From Patescibacteria group bacterium (GTDB taxonomy: Bacteria; Patescibacteriota; Minisyncoccia; Minisyncoccales; RBG-13-36-15), in NCBI GenBank assembly GCA_022574775.1, contig JACZRI010000001.1:31631-95630 (forward strand): a DNA stretch of 64,000 bases, read 5' to 3'. A program made the translations under genes and the position numbers. A model generated the notes under the pieces. It saw only the letters and a program-made list of their open reading frames with translations. It searched no databases and had not been told where the DNA came from. Positions 1-8,148 of this stretch are shown here, in pieces. Positions within the stretch are counted from its first letter, which is position 1; each line of letters starts with the position of its first letter.

Positions 1-1092
1 AAAGAGGGAGATCCACCATATACGTTATTAGATTATTTCGGATTCGCACAGCAACCCTACGGGGATTCTCGCCTTTTCTCGAGAAAAGGCGATCCGGCAC
101 AGAATTCGAATACATTCGTAGATTCACATTATGTTGTTTTTGTTGACGAATCTCATTTGACAATCCCTCAACTCAATGCAATGTCAGTTCAAGACCTAGC
201 AAGAAAGAAAACTTTAATTGAATATGGCTTCAGGCTGCCGTCAGCTATTGATAACCGGCCGCTTACGTTTCAAGAATTCACAAAAAAAACGGATCAAGTA
301 ATTTATGTTTCGGCTACTCCAGCTGAATTTGAAAAACAAAAAGCAGGTAAGAAATATATTATTAATCAACTTGTCAGGCCAACCGGCTTGGTAGAACCTT
401 CAATTACGATAAAACCGACAAAAAACCAAGTTAAAGACTTAATTAAGGAGATTAGAAAAAGGATTAAAAAAAAGGAAAGAGTTCTCGTTGCTACCTTAAC
501 AAAAAGGTTGGCTGAAGACTTATCTGATTTTTTAACAGAAAGAGGGATAAAAACAAAATGGTTTCATTCAGAAATAAAAACTTTAGAGAGGCCAGAAATA
601 TTAAGAAAATTAAGATTAGGAGAATATGATGTTTTAATCGGTATTAATCTCTTAAGAGAAGGGTTGGACTTGCCAGAAGTGTCTTTGGTCGCAATTTTGG
701 ATGCAGACAAAGAAGGATTTTTGAGGTCAGAAGTCACTTTAATCCAGACTATGGGGCGGGCGGCAAGACACCCTAAAGGGCATGCTATCTTATATGCTGA
801 TACCATTACTCACTCAATAAAAAAAGCGATAGATACAACGAAAAGAAAAAGAAAAATTCAAATGGATTATAATAAAAGACATAAAATATCTCCCAAACCT
901 ATAACAAAAGAGATAAGAGAATGGCCATTTAAAATAGCTACAACTCCTGAAGACTTCCTATCTCTCGCTGAACTAAAAGATGTAAAAAGCCTAGAAAAAA
1001 AGATGAAGAAAGCAGCGGCATCGCTCGATTTTGAGCAAGCTGCGAAATTAAGAGACTTGATCCTTCAACTTCGTTCAGGATTAAAAAACTGA
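1..1092 (+). CDS. uvrB: Excinuclease ABC subunit B, C-terminal part (5' end lies outside the window)
   Basis: Frame 1 is open from nt 1 (KEGDPPYTLLDYF...VVFVDESHLTIPQ). Helicase C-terminal motifs are present (LREGLDLPEVSLVAILDADKEGFLRS, QTMGRAAR), as is the C-terminal UVR motif (LDFEQAAKLRDLILQL). Track ORF 157..1092 is only the part after an in-frame TTG. Confidence 0.9.
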   Translation, partial: KEGDPPYTLLDYFGFAQQPYGDSRLFSRKGDPAQNSNTFVDSHYVVFVDESHLTIPQLNAMSVQDLARKKTLIEYGFRLPSAIDNRPLTFQEFTKKTDQVIYVSATPAEFEKQKAGKKYIINQLVRPTGLVEPSITIKPTKNQVKDLIKEIRKRIKKKERVLVATLTKRLAEDLSDFLTERGIKTKWFHSEIKTLERPEILRKLRLGEYDVLIGINLLREGLDLPEVSLVAILDADKEGFLRSEVTLIQTMGRAARHPKGHAILYADTITHSIKKAIDTTKRKRKIQMDYNKRHKISPKPITKEIREWPFKIATTPEDFLSLAELKDVKSLEKKMKKAAASLDFEQAAKLRDLILQLRSGLKN

Positions 1093-1317
1093 AAAGTTAA
1101 AGTTAAAATTTAAAAGCCTTGAAAAAAAAATCTAAATTGTTTAATATTACAGTAATCGGAATAAACTTTTAGATTTTCGTATTTTAAAAATTATGCCTAT
1201 AACCAAATCACGATCATACGGTTTCCCCCGACCCCCCTCTTTTAGACACCTTCGGTTTCTAACGCTCGGCTTCGCCTCGCTGTTTTTCCAACACGGGGGA
1301 AACCGAGATTTTATTAT

Positions 1318-1572
1318 ATGCCTATAACAAAATCGGCTAAAAAGGCTCTCCGCCAAAACGCCAAAAGAAAGAAAAGGAATTTAATCTACAAACACAAGAT
1401 AGCAAAACTTGTAAAAAAGATTAAGAAACTCGCAGTGCTGGGGGAAAAAGAGGAAATAAAAAAGCTGTTACCAGCAATTTACAAAGCATTAGACAAGGCG
1501 GCTAAGGTTAAAATAATCAAGAAAGGAACTGCAGCAAGAAGGAAATCCCGTATAGCTAAAACAATAAAATAA
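1318..1572 (+). CDS. rpsT: 30S ribosomal protein S20
   Basis: 84 aa, very basic. N-terminus MPITKSAKKALRQNAKRKKRN and the C-terminal KGTAARRKSRIAK pattern are typical of S20. Confidence 0.9.
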   Translation: MPITKSAKKALRQNAKRKKRNLIYKHKIAKLVKKIKKLAVLGEKEEIKKLLPAIYKALDKAAKVKIIKKGTAARRKSRIAKTIK

Positions 1573-1642
1573 TCCGCATACCATCCGAACTAACTCTCAC
1601 TTCGCAAGGTACAGTACTATCAGGATAGATTAGGATTGCATT

Positions 1643-2599
1643 TTAAATTTCAGCAACCAATATATCTAAAGCCATAACTGGATTTGTTTTTCCAGTTTTA
1701 ATCGCTAAATCTATCTGAAAAAATTTTTGATAGATTCTCTTTAATTCTTCTAAAGAGAATATTCTCGAAAGCTCTAATGTTTTTTTCACAACATAAGGAT
1801 GCATCCCTAATTCTCTGCTTAAATCACCAATTCGTGACATTCGTATGTCATCTGTAGATTGATATCGCGTTTTTATTAAAAGTAAATTTCGGAACTGGAA
1901 GTTAATCATTGAAAGAAGGTATAAAGGGGAATCACCATTTTCTAAATGTTGATGAATTAAAAAAAGTGCTCGTTTTTTATTCTTCAAGGCTAAGGCGTCA
2001 ACAGTTTTAAAAATATCTAGTTCAATTTTCGGCTTGACCAGTAAATCAATGTCCTCTCTTGTCACAAGAGGGGTTTTTTCTTTTATTTTATAAGATATGA
2101 GTTTTTTTATTTCTCCTGAAAGCCGCCAAAGATCGTTTCCTGTATAATCTATAAGATGGGTTAAGGCTTGATGCCCGATCTTTATTTTCGTTTTCCCGAA
2201 TTTTTGCTTCGTCCAGTGTTTTAATTTTTCTCTTTTTAACGGTTGGAATTCCTGAAACTTTCCAGATTTTTTTAAGAGTTTAAATAGTTTATTTCTTTCA
2301 GAAATTTCATCCTCAAAGAATAAAATTATATCTTTTGAATCTAAAAAAAAATTTTGATTCCTTAAAAAATTTATCTTAAAACTATCATTCAAACCAACAT
2401 TCTTTAAAACAAATAGTTTTTTCTCGCTAAACATCGAAAAGTTCCTAAAATCAGCTTCGAAATTTTCATATGCATCCTTTTGAAAATCAAAATATTTTAA
2501 GTTAAGCCCACTTTTATGAATTTTTTGGTAGTGCCCAACTATTTCATTAAGTTTTTGTAGGCGCCGATATGTATCTTGGCCGTAAAGAAAAAGAATCAT
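1643..2599 (-). CDS. holA: DNA polymerase III delta subunit-like protein
   Basis: ~318 aa. It starts MILFLYGQDTYRRLQKL, the usual delta-subunit N-terminus, and length and position fit holA. The track ORF extends to 2659, but the ATG at 2599 gives the canonical N-terminus. Confidence 0.6.
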   Translation of the reverse strand: MILFLYGQDTYRRLQKLNEIVGHYQKIHKSGLNLKYFDFQKDAYENFEADFRNFSMFSEKKLFVLKNVGLNDSFKINFLRNQNFFLDSKDIILFFEDEISERNKLFKLLKKSGKFQEFQPLKREKLKHWTKQKFGKTKIKIGHQALTHLIDYTGNDLWRLSGEIKKLISYKIKEKTPLVTREDIDLLVKPKIELDIFKTVDALALKNKKRALFLIHQHLENGDSPLYLLSMINFQFRNLLLIKTRYQSTDDIRMSRIGDLSRELGMHPYVVKKTLELSRIFSLEELKRIYQKFFQIDLAIKTGKTNPVMALDILVAEI

Positions 2600-2787
2600 A
2601 AAAAAATCCAAATCTACCCCGATACTATCCCGATAAGTCAGAAAGTATGGGACGGACACACAAAATTCAAATAACTAATCCATTATTGATGCTTGTCCCG
2701 AATGCTCCCGATAAATTATTCGGGGTGGGCGATTTCAGATACCCTGATCCCGCTGTAAATGGAGGAAGGGTACGCTATTTTGATGCT

Positions 2788-3156
2788 TTATTTCAAAATT
2801 TTTTTTATTTTCTCAATGATATCGCCAGGAGTAAAATGAGCTTTGATTAAATAATCAACCGCACCCAGCCCTAGTCCTTTTTCAACATCTTCCCTCTGAC
2901 CAAGGTTAGAAAGAATAATCACAGGAATTGATGAGATTTGTGGTTCTTCTTTCATTTTTTCTAAAACCTCAAATCCGTCAATGCCCGGCAAAATAAGATC
3001 AAGTAAAACCAAATCTGGCTTTTCCGCTTTGATTTTTTTAATACCATCCTCTCCATCTACAGCTTCAAAAATTTCATAGCCTTCTTTAAGAAGTTTTTGG
3101 ACAATTAATTCTCTTAAAAATTTATCGTCTTCAATTATTAAAATTGTTTTTGCCAT
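2788..3156 (-). CDS. Single-domain response regulator (receiver only, CheY-like)
   Basis: 122 aa. Receiver motifs: ILIIEDD, the phospho-acceptor context DLVLLDLILPGIDG, and IPVIILSN...KA. No output domain. Confidence 0.85.
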   Translation of the reverse strand: MAKTILIIEDDKFLRELIVQKLLKEGYEIFEAVDGEDGIKKIKAEKPDLVLLDLILPGIDGFEVLEKMKEEPQISSIPVIILSNLGQREDVEKGLGLGAVDYLIKAHFTPGDIIEKIKKILK

Positions 3157-3230
3157 AAACTATCAACGAATAACGAATCAATTACTAATTTACGAATTCT
3201 TTTATTCGTAAAAGATCGAGTATTCGCTGG

Positions 3231-3602
3231 TTACCTCCCGATTTGTTTTACTACTTTTTCCACTACCTCCTGTGGATCAAACTCGGTCTTGATAAGCCAG
3301 TCTTTTGCTCCCAGACGCTTAGTTCGATCCAATTCCACCGGTTGACCAGAATTAGAAATAACTATAATAGGTATCTTCTTTAAATCCTCATCTTTGGACA
3401 TCTCCTCCATTACCTCAAATCCTCCCATTCTAGGCATGACAATATCAAGCAGAATAAGATCTGGCTTTGCGGCCCTCATCTTTTCTAATCCTTCAATGCC
3501 GTCTTCAGCTACTGAAATGTCGTAGCCTTCTTGAGTCAACTTTTTTTCCAAAAGATTAATCATAAGCTGCTCGTCTTCAATTAATAAAATTTTTTTAGCC
3601 AT
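3231..3602 (-). CDS. Single-domain response regulator (receiver only, CheY-like)
   Basis: 123 aa. Motifs ILLIEDE, DLILLDIVMPRMGG, IPIIVISN...K. Paralogous to 2788..3156. Confidence 0.85.
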   Translation of the reverse strand: MAKKILLIEDEQLMINLLEKKLTQEGYDISVAEDGIEGLEKMRAAKPDLILLDIVMPRMGGFEVMEEMSKDEDLKKIPIIVISNSGQPVELDRTKRLGAKDWLIKTEFDPQEVVEKVVKQIGR

Positions 3603-3826
3603 AACATATAGAAGTAGGGACGAATCAACATGGATTAGAAAAATATTACTTCACATCTATCCAAGCTCATGCGCGTACCCTCCTATACTTTTATAATATA
3701 ATAATTTTTAACATTTTTCAACCCAATAGTGAAATTTTGACAAGATTTTCTGTAAAAAACCTCAAGCCGCAAGGCCAGGTACCGTACGGTATATTTGGTA
3801 AGGCAAGTCTGAATTTCACTACAAGG

Positions 3827-5446
3827 TCAAGTCTGCTTTATAGGTAAAGTGAGGTAAATGGTGGTTCCTTTGTTCTCCTCTGACTCAAACCAAATTTTGC
3901 CTCCGTGCGCCTCAATTATGTTTTTGGTAATAAACAGGCCGAGACCGGATCCTTCAGTTTCCATCCTCATCACGTTAACTCCACGGAAAAACTTGCTGAA
4001 TACTCTTTCTTGTTGGTTTTTAGGAACACCTATCCCAGAATCTTGAATCCTTAACTCTATTTCCTTTCTACCACTTTTTAAAGAAACTGTCACCTTCCCT
4101 CCTTTATGGGTATATCTAATGGCATTGTCAATAATATTCTGGATAGCTGAATTCATTTTCTCAATGTCTATTTTCAGCTTTGGAGATTTTCTTTTAGGTT
4201 TTTTAAACGTGAAAGTTATTTTTTTTCTCTTTGCCATATCAATATAAGAATTAACCACAGATTGAACAATATCTTCCAATCTATAAAGGGAAAGCTTGTA
4301 AAGATATCTTCCCTCTTCAATTCTTGCCACATTCAAGAGATCGTTAATTAAACTTATCATTCTCTCATTGGAAAGATATGTTTTTTGCAGAAAGTTTCTC
4401 TGGTCTTTGGTAATCTTGCCCAAATCTTCATCCAAAATCATTTTTAGTGTCCATTTGATTGCAGATAAAGGAGTTCGCAATTGATGTGCCGCCAAAGAAA
4501 CAAACTCTGTTTTCATCTGTTCAATCAATTTTTCCCTGGTGATATCATGTAAAATAATTAAATCTTGGCCAGCACCTATAGAAATAACAGTTATTTGAAA
4601 AGTCCTCTCTGGATTTTGAAAAACGATTTCTCTACGAAGGATTGGCCGTTTTTTACTTTCTTTTAGAAATTCAAAAAGGATTTTCAGATTCTGATATTTC
4701 TGTAAAGAATCTGTTGATTTCTTTATGATATCATTAGCTTTTATCCCGAATATAGTTTTGGCGCTGGGATTTGAAAGTAAAATTTCAGAATCTTGCAAAA
4801 CGAGTAATCCATCAGCTAAAAATAAAATAATATTTTCGATTCTCTTTTTTTCTACTTCTAAAGCTTCGCTTGTATCCCCAATGTCTTCTAAAATATTAAG
4901 TGTGGCTAATCTTGTTTCTTCCGCCTCTTGGCCAGAAAGCTCAAGAATCCTGATTTTTTCTATTAATTCTTGAGATTTTTCCTGGAGATCTCCTTCTCGC
5001 TCTTTTAATTTCATCCTTGATCTTTTAAGCTCATCAACGACGCGATTTAAAAAGTATGCTATCTCTCCTATTTCATCATAGCTTTCAATTTTTATTCGAA
5101 ATTCTAGATCGCCTGCCAGAATTCTTTTCAATCCATTGGAAATTCTATTTAATAATTTGGAAAAATGGCGAGAAATCAGTATCCCTAAAAAGAGTCCTAA
5201 AATTAAAGTAAAAATTAAAATTAATCTTGTCTGGAACTCAATATCTTGAACTAATAATGGGACCTTTTGCACCACCTCTTCAGACAAATAGGGCATGATA
5301 ATTCTCCCTATAAAATCTGAATAACTAAGAATGACTATCGGCAGACCCAATAAAAGAAGAGGAAACAATATCTTTACAAAAATCCCTGCTCTCTTTTTAA
5401 AGACTTCCTCTTGACCTATTCCTTGATTGACGAACTTTTGAGACAT
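3827..5446 (-). CDS. Membrane sensor histidine kinase (2 TM, HAMP-like linker, coiled coil, PAS-like region, HisKA, HATPase_c)
   Basis: H-box FVSLAAHQLRTPLSAI, N-box IIDNAIRYT, G-boxes DSGIGVP and GSGLGL. Two N-terminal hydrophobic segments are followed by a HAMP-like DLEFRIKIESYDEIGEIAYFLN. Confidence 0.85.
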   Translation of the reverse strand: MSQKFVNQGIGQEEVFKKRAGIFVKILFPLLLLGLPIVILSYSDFIGRIIMPYLSEEVVQKVPLLVQDIEFQTRLILIFTLILGLFLGILISRHFSKLLNRISNGLKRILAGDLEFRIKIESYDEIGEIAYFLNRVVDELKRSRMKLKEREGDLQEKSQELIEKIRILELSGQEAEETRLATLNILEDIGDTSEALEVEKKRIENIILFLADGLLVLQDSEILLSNPSAKTIFGIKANDIIKKSTDSLQKYQNLKILFEFLKESKKRPILRREIVFQNPERTFQITVISIGAGQDLIILHDITREKLIEQMKTEFVSLAAHQLRTPLSAIKWTLKMILDEDLGKITKDQRNFLQKTYLSNERMISLINDLLNVARIEEGRYLYKLSLYRLEDIVQSVVNSYIDMAKRKKITFTFKKPKRKSPKLKIDIEKMNSAIQNIIDNAIRYTHKGGKVTVSLKSGRKEIELRIQDSGIGVPKNQQERVFSKFFRGVNVMRMETEGSGLGLFITKNIIEAHGGKIWFESEENKGTTIYLTLPIKQT

Positions 5447-5464
5447 AAAGTTTGCAGTTTGTAA

Positions 5465-6316
5465 TTAGTTTTTAGCCTGAAGATGGTCTAATTCTGCTCG
5501 AAGTTTTTTTATTTTTTCCTCGCGTCCCGTAGTTATCTTCTGGAACTTTTCCAGTTCCTCTGCCCTCTCGCGAAGGCGAGCTTCCTCGTTCTCTAACTCC
5601 TTTTTCCTTTCTTGAATCCTCTCTTCAAGGCTCTTTCTTTCTTTCTCAAGCTCTTTTTTTCTTGATTCCACTCTTGCCTCCAGAGAAACTTTTTCTTCTT
5701 CCAACATCTCCTGTGTTTTTTGGAGCTCCACTATTTTTCCAGCGTATAGTTGATAAAAACCATGGCTAAAATAGGCCACTAAAATAAAAGTTGAGATATA
5801 GGCTGTTGACGTGGCGATAACATAAAGAAAATTAAAATATGTCTGGCTTCTAGGTAAAAAGATGGAAAATGAAGGAAAAACTTGGAGATATTGTGCGAGA
5901 ACAAAAATCAGATAAAGAGAAATTATCCAGATTGACAGAAAAACAGCCTGCCAACGAAAAAAAGTCATAAAATTTGAAATAAAGTAAAAGGAATAAAAAA
6001 TAAAGCCTAACCAGGTTATTCCTCCGAAATAATAAATAATTAAGGTTAAAAAAAATAAGTCAATAATAGTATAGAGAAAATAGACATTGATAATTGTTTC
6101 CCCGCGAGGAGGAAATCTATCAAAATAAAAATCGAGTATTAAAGAAGAAAGAAGCATTAAAGCAACTAAAAAAAATGCTATGTATGGAAATGGAATACCA
6201 ATTCCTTCTTTTAAAAAAATCATTACTAAAAAATAGCTCACAAGTATGGGAACCCGCATTTGAATGTTAGCATTAAATTTTTCTAAGGCTTCTTGTTGAG
6301 AAATTCTGTTCATCAT
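5465..6316 (-). CDS. Polytopic membrane protein (~6 TM) with C-terminal charged coiled coil; paralog 1 of 3
   Basis: 283 aa with a hydrophobic N-terminal two-thirds. The tail is LEARVESRKKELEKERKSLEERIQERKKEL...ELEKFQKITTGREEKIKKLRAEL. Its start overlaps the stop of the upstream paralog by 4 nt. Confidence 0.65.
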   Translation of the reverse strand: MMNRISQQEALEKFNANIQMRVPILVSYFLVMIFLKEGIGIPFPYIAFFLVALMLLSSLILDFYFDRFPPRGETIINVYFLYTIIDLFFLTLIIYYFGGITWLGFIFYSFYFISNFMTFFRWQAVFLSIWIISLYLIFVLAQYLQVFPSFSIFLPRSQTYFNFLYVIATSTAYISTFILVAYFSHGFYQLYAGKIVELQKTQEMLEEEKVSLEARVESRKKELEKERKSLEERIQERKKELENEEARLRERAEELEKFQKITTGREEKIKKLRAELDHLQAKN

Positions 6317-7179
6317 TTTGATTTGAACTCTTTTATATTTGCGATTTTCTCTTTGATTTCTGCCATTTTTAATTCTCTGGCAATTGCGGTTTTATGGAAT
6401 TTTTCAAGCTCTTTCACTTTAATCGCAACAATATTCTTTTTTTCTTCAAGCTCCCTCGTTTTTTCTTCAACCAGCTCTTCCATTTCCTTCCTCTCCTCCT
6501 GTAATTCTACTGTTTTGTTCTCAACCTCATCTTCAAGAATTTTTTTCGTTAGAAGCAGCTGTTTCCCTTTCTTTTGTAGTTCTTTGATTTTTTTATCTAA
6601 TAACCGGTAGAAGATATCGCCGGAATAACCTAAAAATACAAGAATAGATAAAGCAGCGATAGTTGTTAGCAAAACAAAATTTAAGTTCTGGGGATTTTTA
6701 TCTTCAATAGAAAATACGGTAAAATGAGGCAGAATTCCGGAATAATTACCAGCAACCAGTAAAATTAATAAAAAGATGGTAAAACCAAGTAAAAAAATTG
6801 CCTGTGCTTTGGGAAAAAGCCAGAAAATGGTAACAATATAAAAAAGATAAATACTAGGAATTATCCAGCTTATTCCTCCAATAAAATTAACAATTAAAGT
6901 TAAAACAAAAAGATCAAAAAGTAAATAACTAAAATAATAATTGATTGCTGTCTGTGGGTTTTTCTCCTTGACGCTCTTAATGAAGAGATCGACGGGAATG
7001 GAAGACAACGCTACAAGTGCAACCAAGAGGAATAAAATATCAGGCAAAAGAATTTTAAAACCAACACTTGAAACAAGCATTATAAGAAGAAAAAAACTGA
7101 CAATAAGAAACCTCTGATCAATGTCAGCTTCAATTCTTGGTAAAAATTCCCTGGCTTCAATAGTAGCGTGCTTTGCCAT
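6313..7179 (-). CDS. Polytopic membrane protein (~6 TM) with C-terminal charged coiled coil; paralog 2 of 3
   Basis: 288 aa with the same architecture. The tail ends ELEKFHKTAIARELKMAEIKEKI. Confidence 0.65.
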   Translation of the reverse strand: MAKHATIEAREFLPRIEADIDQRFLIVSFFLLIMLVSSVGFKILLPDILFLLVALVALSSIPVDLFIKSVKEKNPQTAINYYFSYLLFDLFVLTLIVNFIGGISWIIPSIYLFYIVTIFWLFPKAQAIFLLGFTIFLLILLVAGNYSGILPHFTVFSIEDKNPQNLNFVLLTTIAALSILVFLGYSGDIFYRLLDKKIKELQKKGKQLLLTKKILEDEVENKTVELQEERKEMEELVEEKTRELEEKKNIVAIKVKELEKFHKTAIARELKMAEIKEKIANIKEFKSK

Positions 7180-7222
7180 ACTTAAACTTTATACTGTCTT
7201 CGCGATTTTGAGATGCTCCAAT

Positions 7223-8092
7223 TTAATTTTTTGCCTTGAGCTCTTTTTGAATACTGGTGATTTCCTTTTTCAGTTCTTTCATTTTCAATTCTCTACCAAC
7301 AGCAGCTTTGTGGAATTTTTCAAGTTCTGCTAACTTTCTAGCCAACTCTTTTCTCTCTTTCTCTAGGTCTTTCGTCCTTTCTTGTATTTTCGCTTCAAGG
7401 CCCTCTCTCTCCTCCCACAACTCACTTGTTCTTGCTCTAACCCGAATTTCTAGAGATGCTCTTTCTTCTTCAAGTATTATCTCTGTTTTTTGGAGTTCTT
7501 CAATTTTTCCTTGTAAAAATCGGTACAAGCTGTCACTATAATAAGCCAAAACCCATAGGAAAATTATTGAGGTTACCCAGGTGGGAAATACATAAGAAAA
7601 ATTTTGAACAACCCTTTCTTCTGCGGAAAAAATGGTTTGATATGGAAAAATTCCTAAATATTGAACAATAACTAATAAAGTATATATAAAAGAGCAGTAA
7701 AAAACAAAGAATACGGAATAAGTACGAGGAAAGAATGAAAAACTAACATAGATGTAAAGAGCATAAAAAACAAACCCAATCCAAGTTATTCCACCAATGG
7801 TATAGATAATCATAGTCATAATGGTTACATCAAAAAGCAGATAGCCAAAGTAACCATTTACAATATGAGATATCTTGGGATCTTTAATTTGTTTGAAAAT
7901 GATGTCATATACAAGCGTAGAGATGGCTAAAAAAGAAACAAGGATAAAGTAAATATCAGGCAGCTGGACTCCAAAAATAACCCTTAAGATGAGTGTTGCG
8001 AAAAGAAAAACACCTATCACCGGCAATCTAATGCTAATCAGCTGATGATATCTGCTTACGGCTTCTTCTCTATCAAGTAAAATTTTAACCAT
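7223..8092 (-). CDS. Polytopic membrane protein (~6 TM) with C-terminal charged coiled coil; paralog 3 of 3
   Basis: 289 aa with the same architecture. The tail is LEIRVRARTSELWEE...ELEKFHKAAVGRELKMKELKKEI. Confidence 0.65.
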   Translation of the reverse strand: MVKILLDREEAVSRYHQLISIRLPVIGVFLFATLILRVIFGVQLPDIYFILVSFLAISTLVYDIIFKQIKDPKISHIVNGYFGYLLFDVTIMTMIIYTIGGITWIGFVFYALYIYVSFSFFPRTYSVFFVFYCSFIYTLLVIVQYLGIFPYQTIFSAEERVVQNFSYVFPTWVTSIIFLWVLAYYSDSLYRFLQGKIEELQKTEIILEEERASLEIRVRARTSELWEEREGLEAKIQERTKDLEKERKELARKLAELEKFHKAAVGRELKMKELKKEITSIQKELKAKN

Positions 8093-8148
8093 ACTGACTC
8101 TTTATTTTATTGTAATAAAAAATAGAGAATTCATTGAGAAAGCTTCTG

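Noticed and set aside
3728-3822. Inverted repeat tagtgaaatt..gac / gtc..aatttcacta enclosing a 12-nt palindrome taccgtacggta, with a related word (gtcaaattttcactac) at 17845-17862.
   Set aside because: It could be a structured element. But it lies where the kinase gene's terminator (T6 on the minus strand) and the next promoter are expected. The arms have internal mismatches and only one distant partial copy exists. That is too weak to call.
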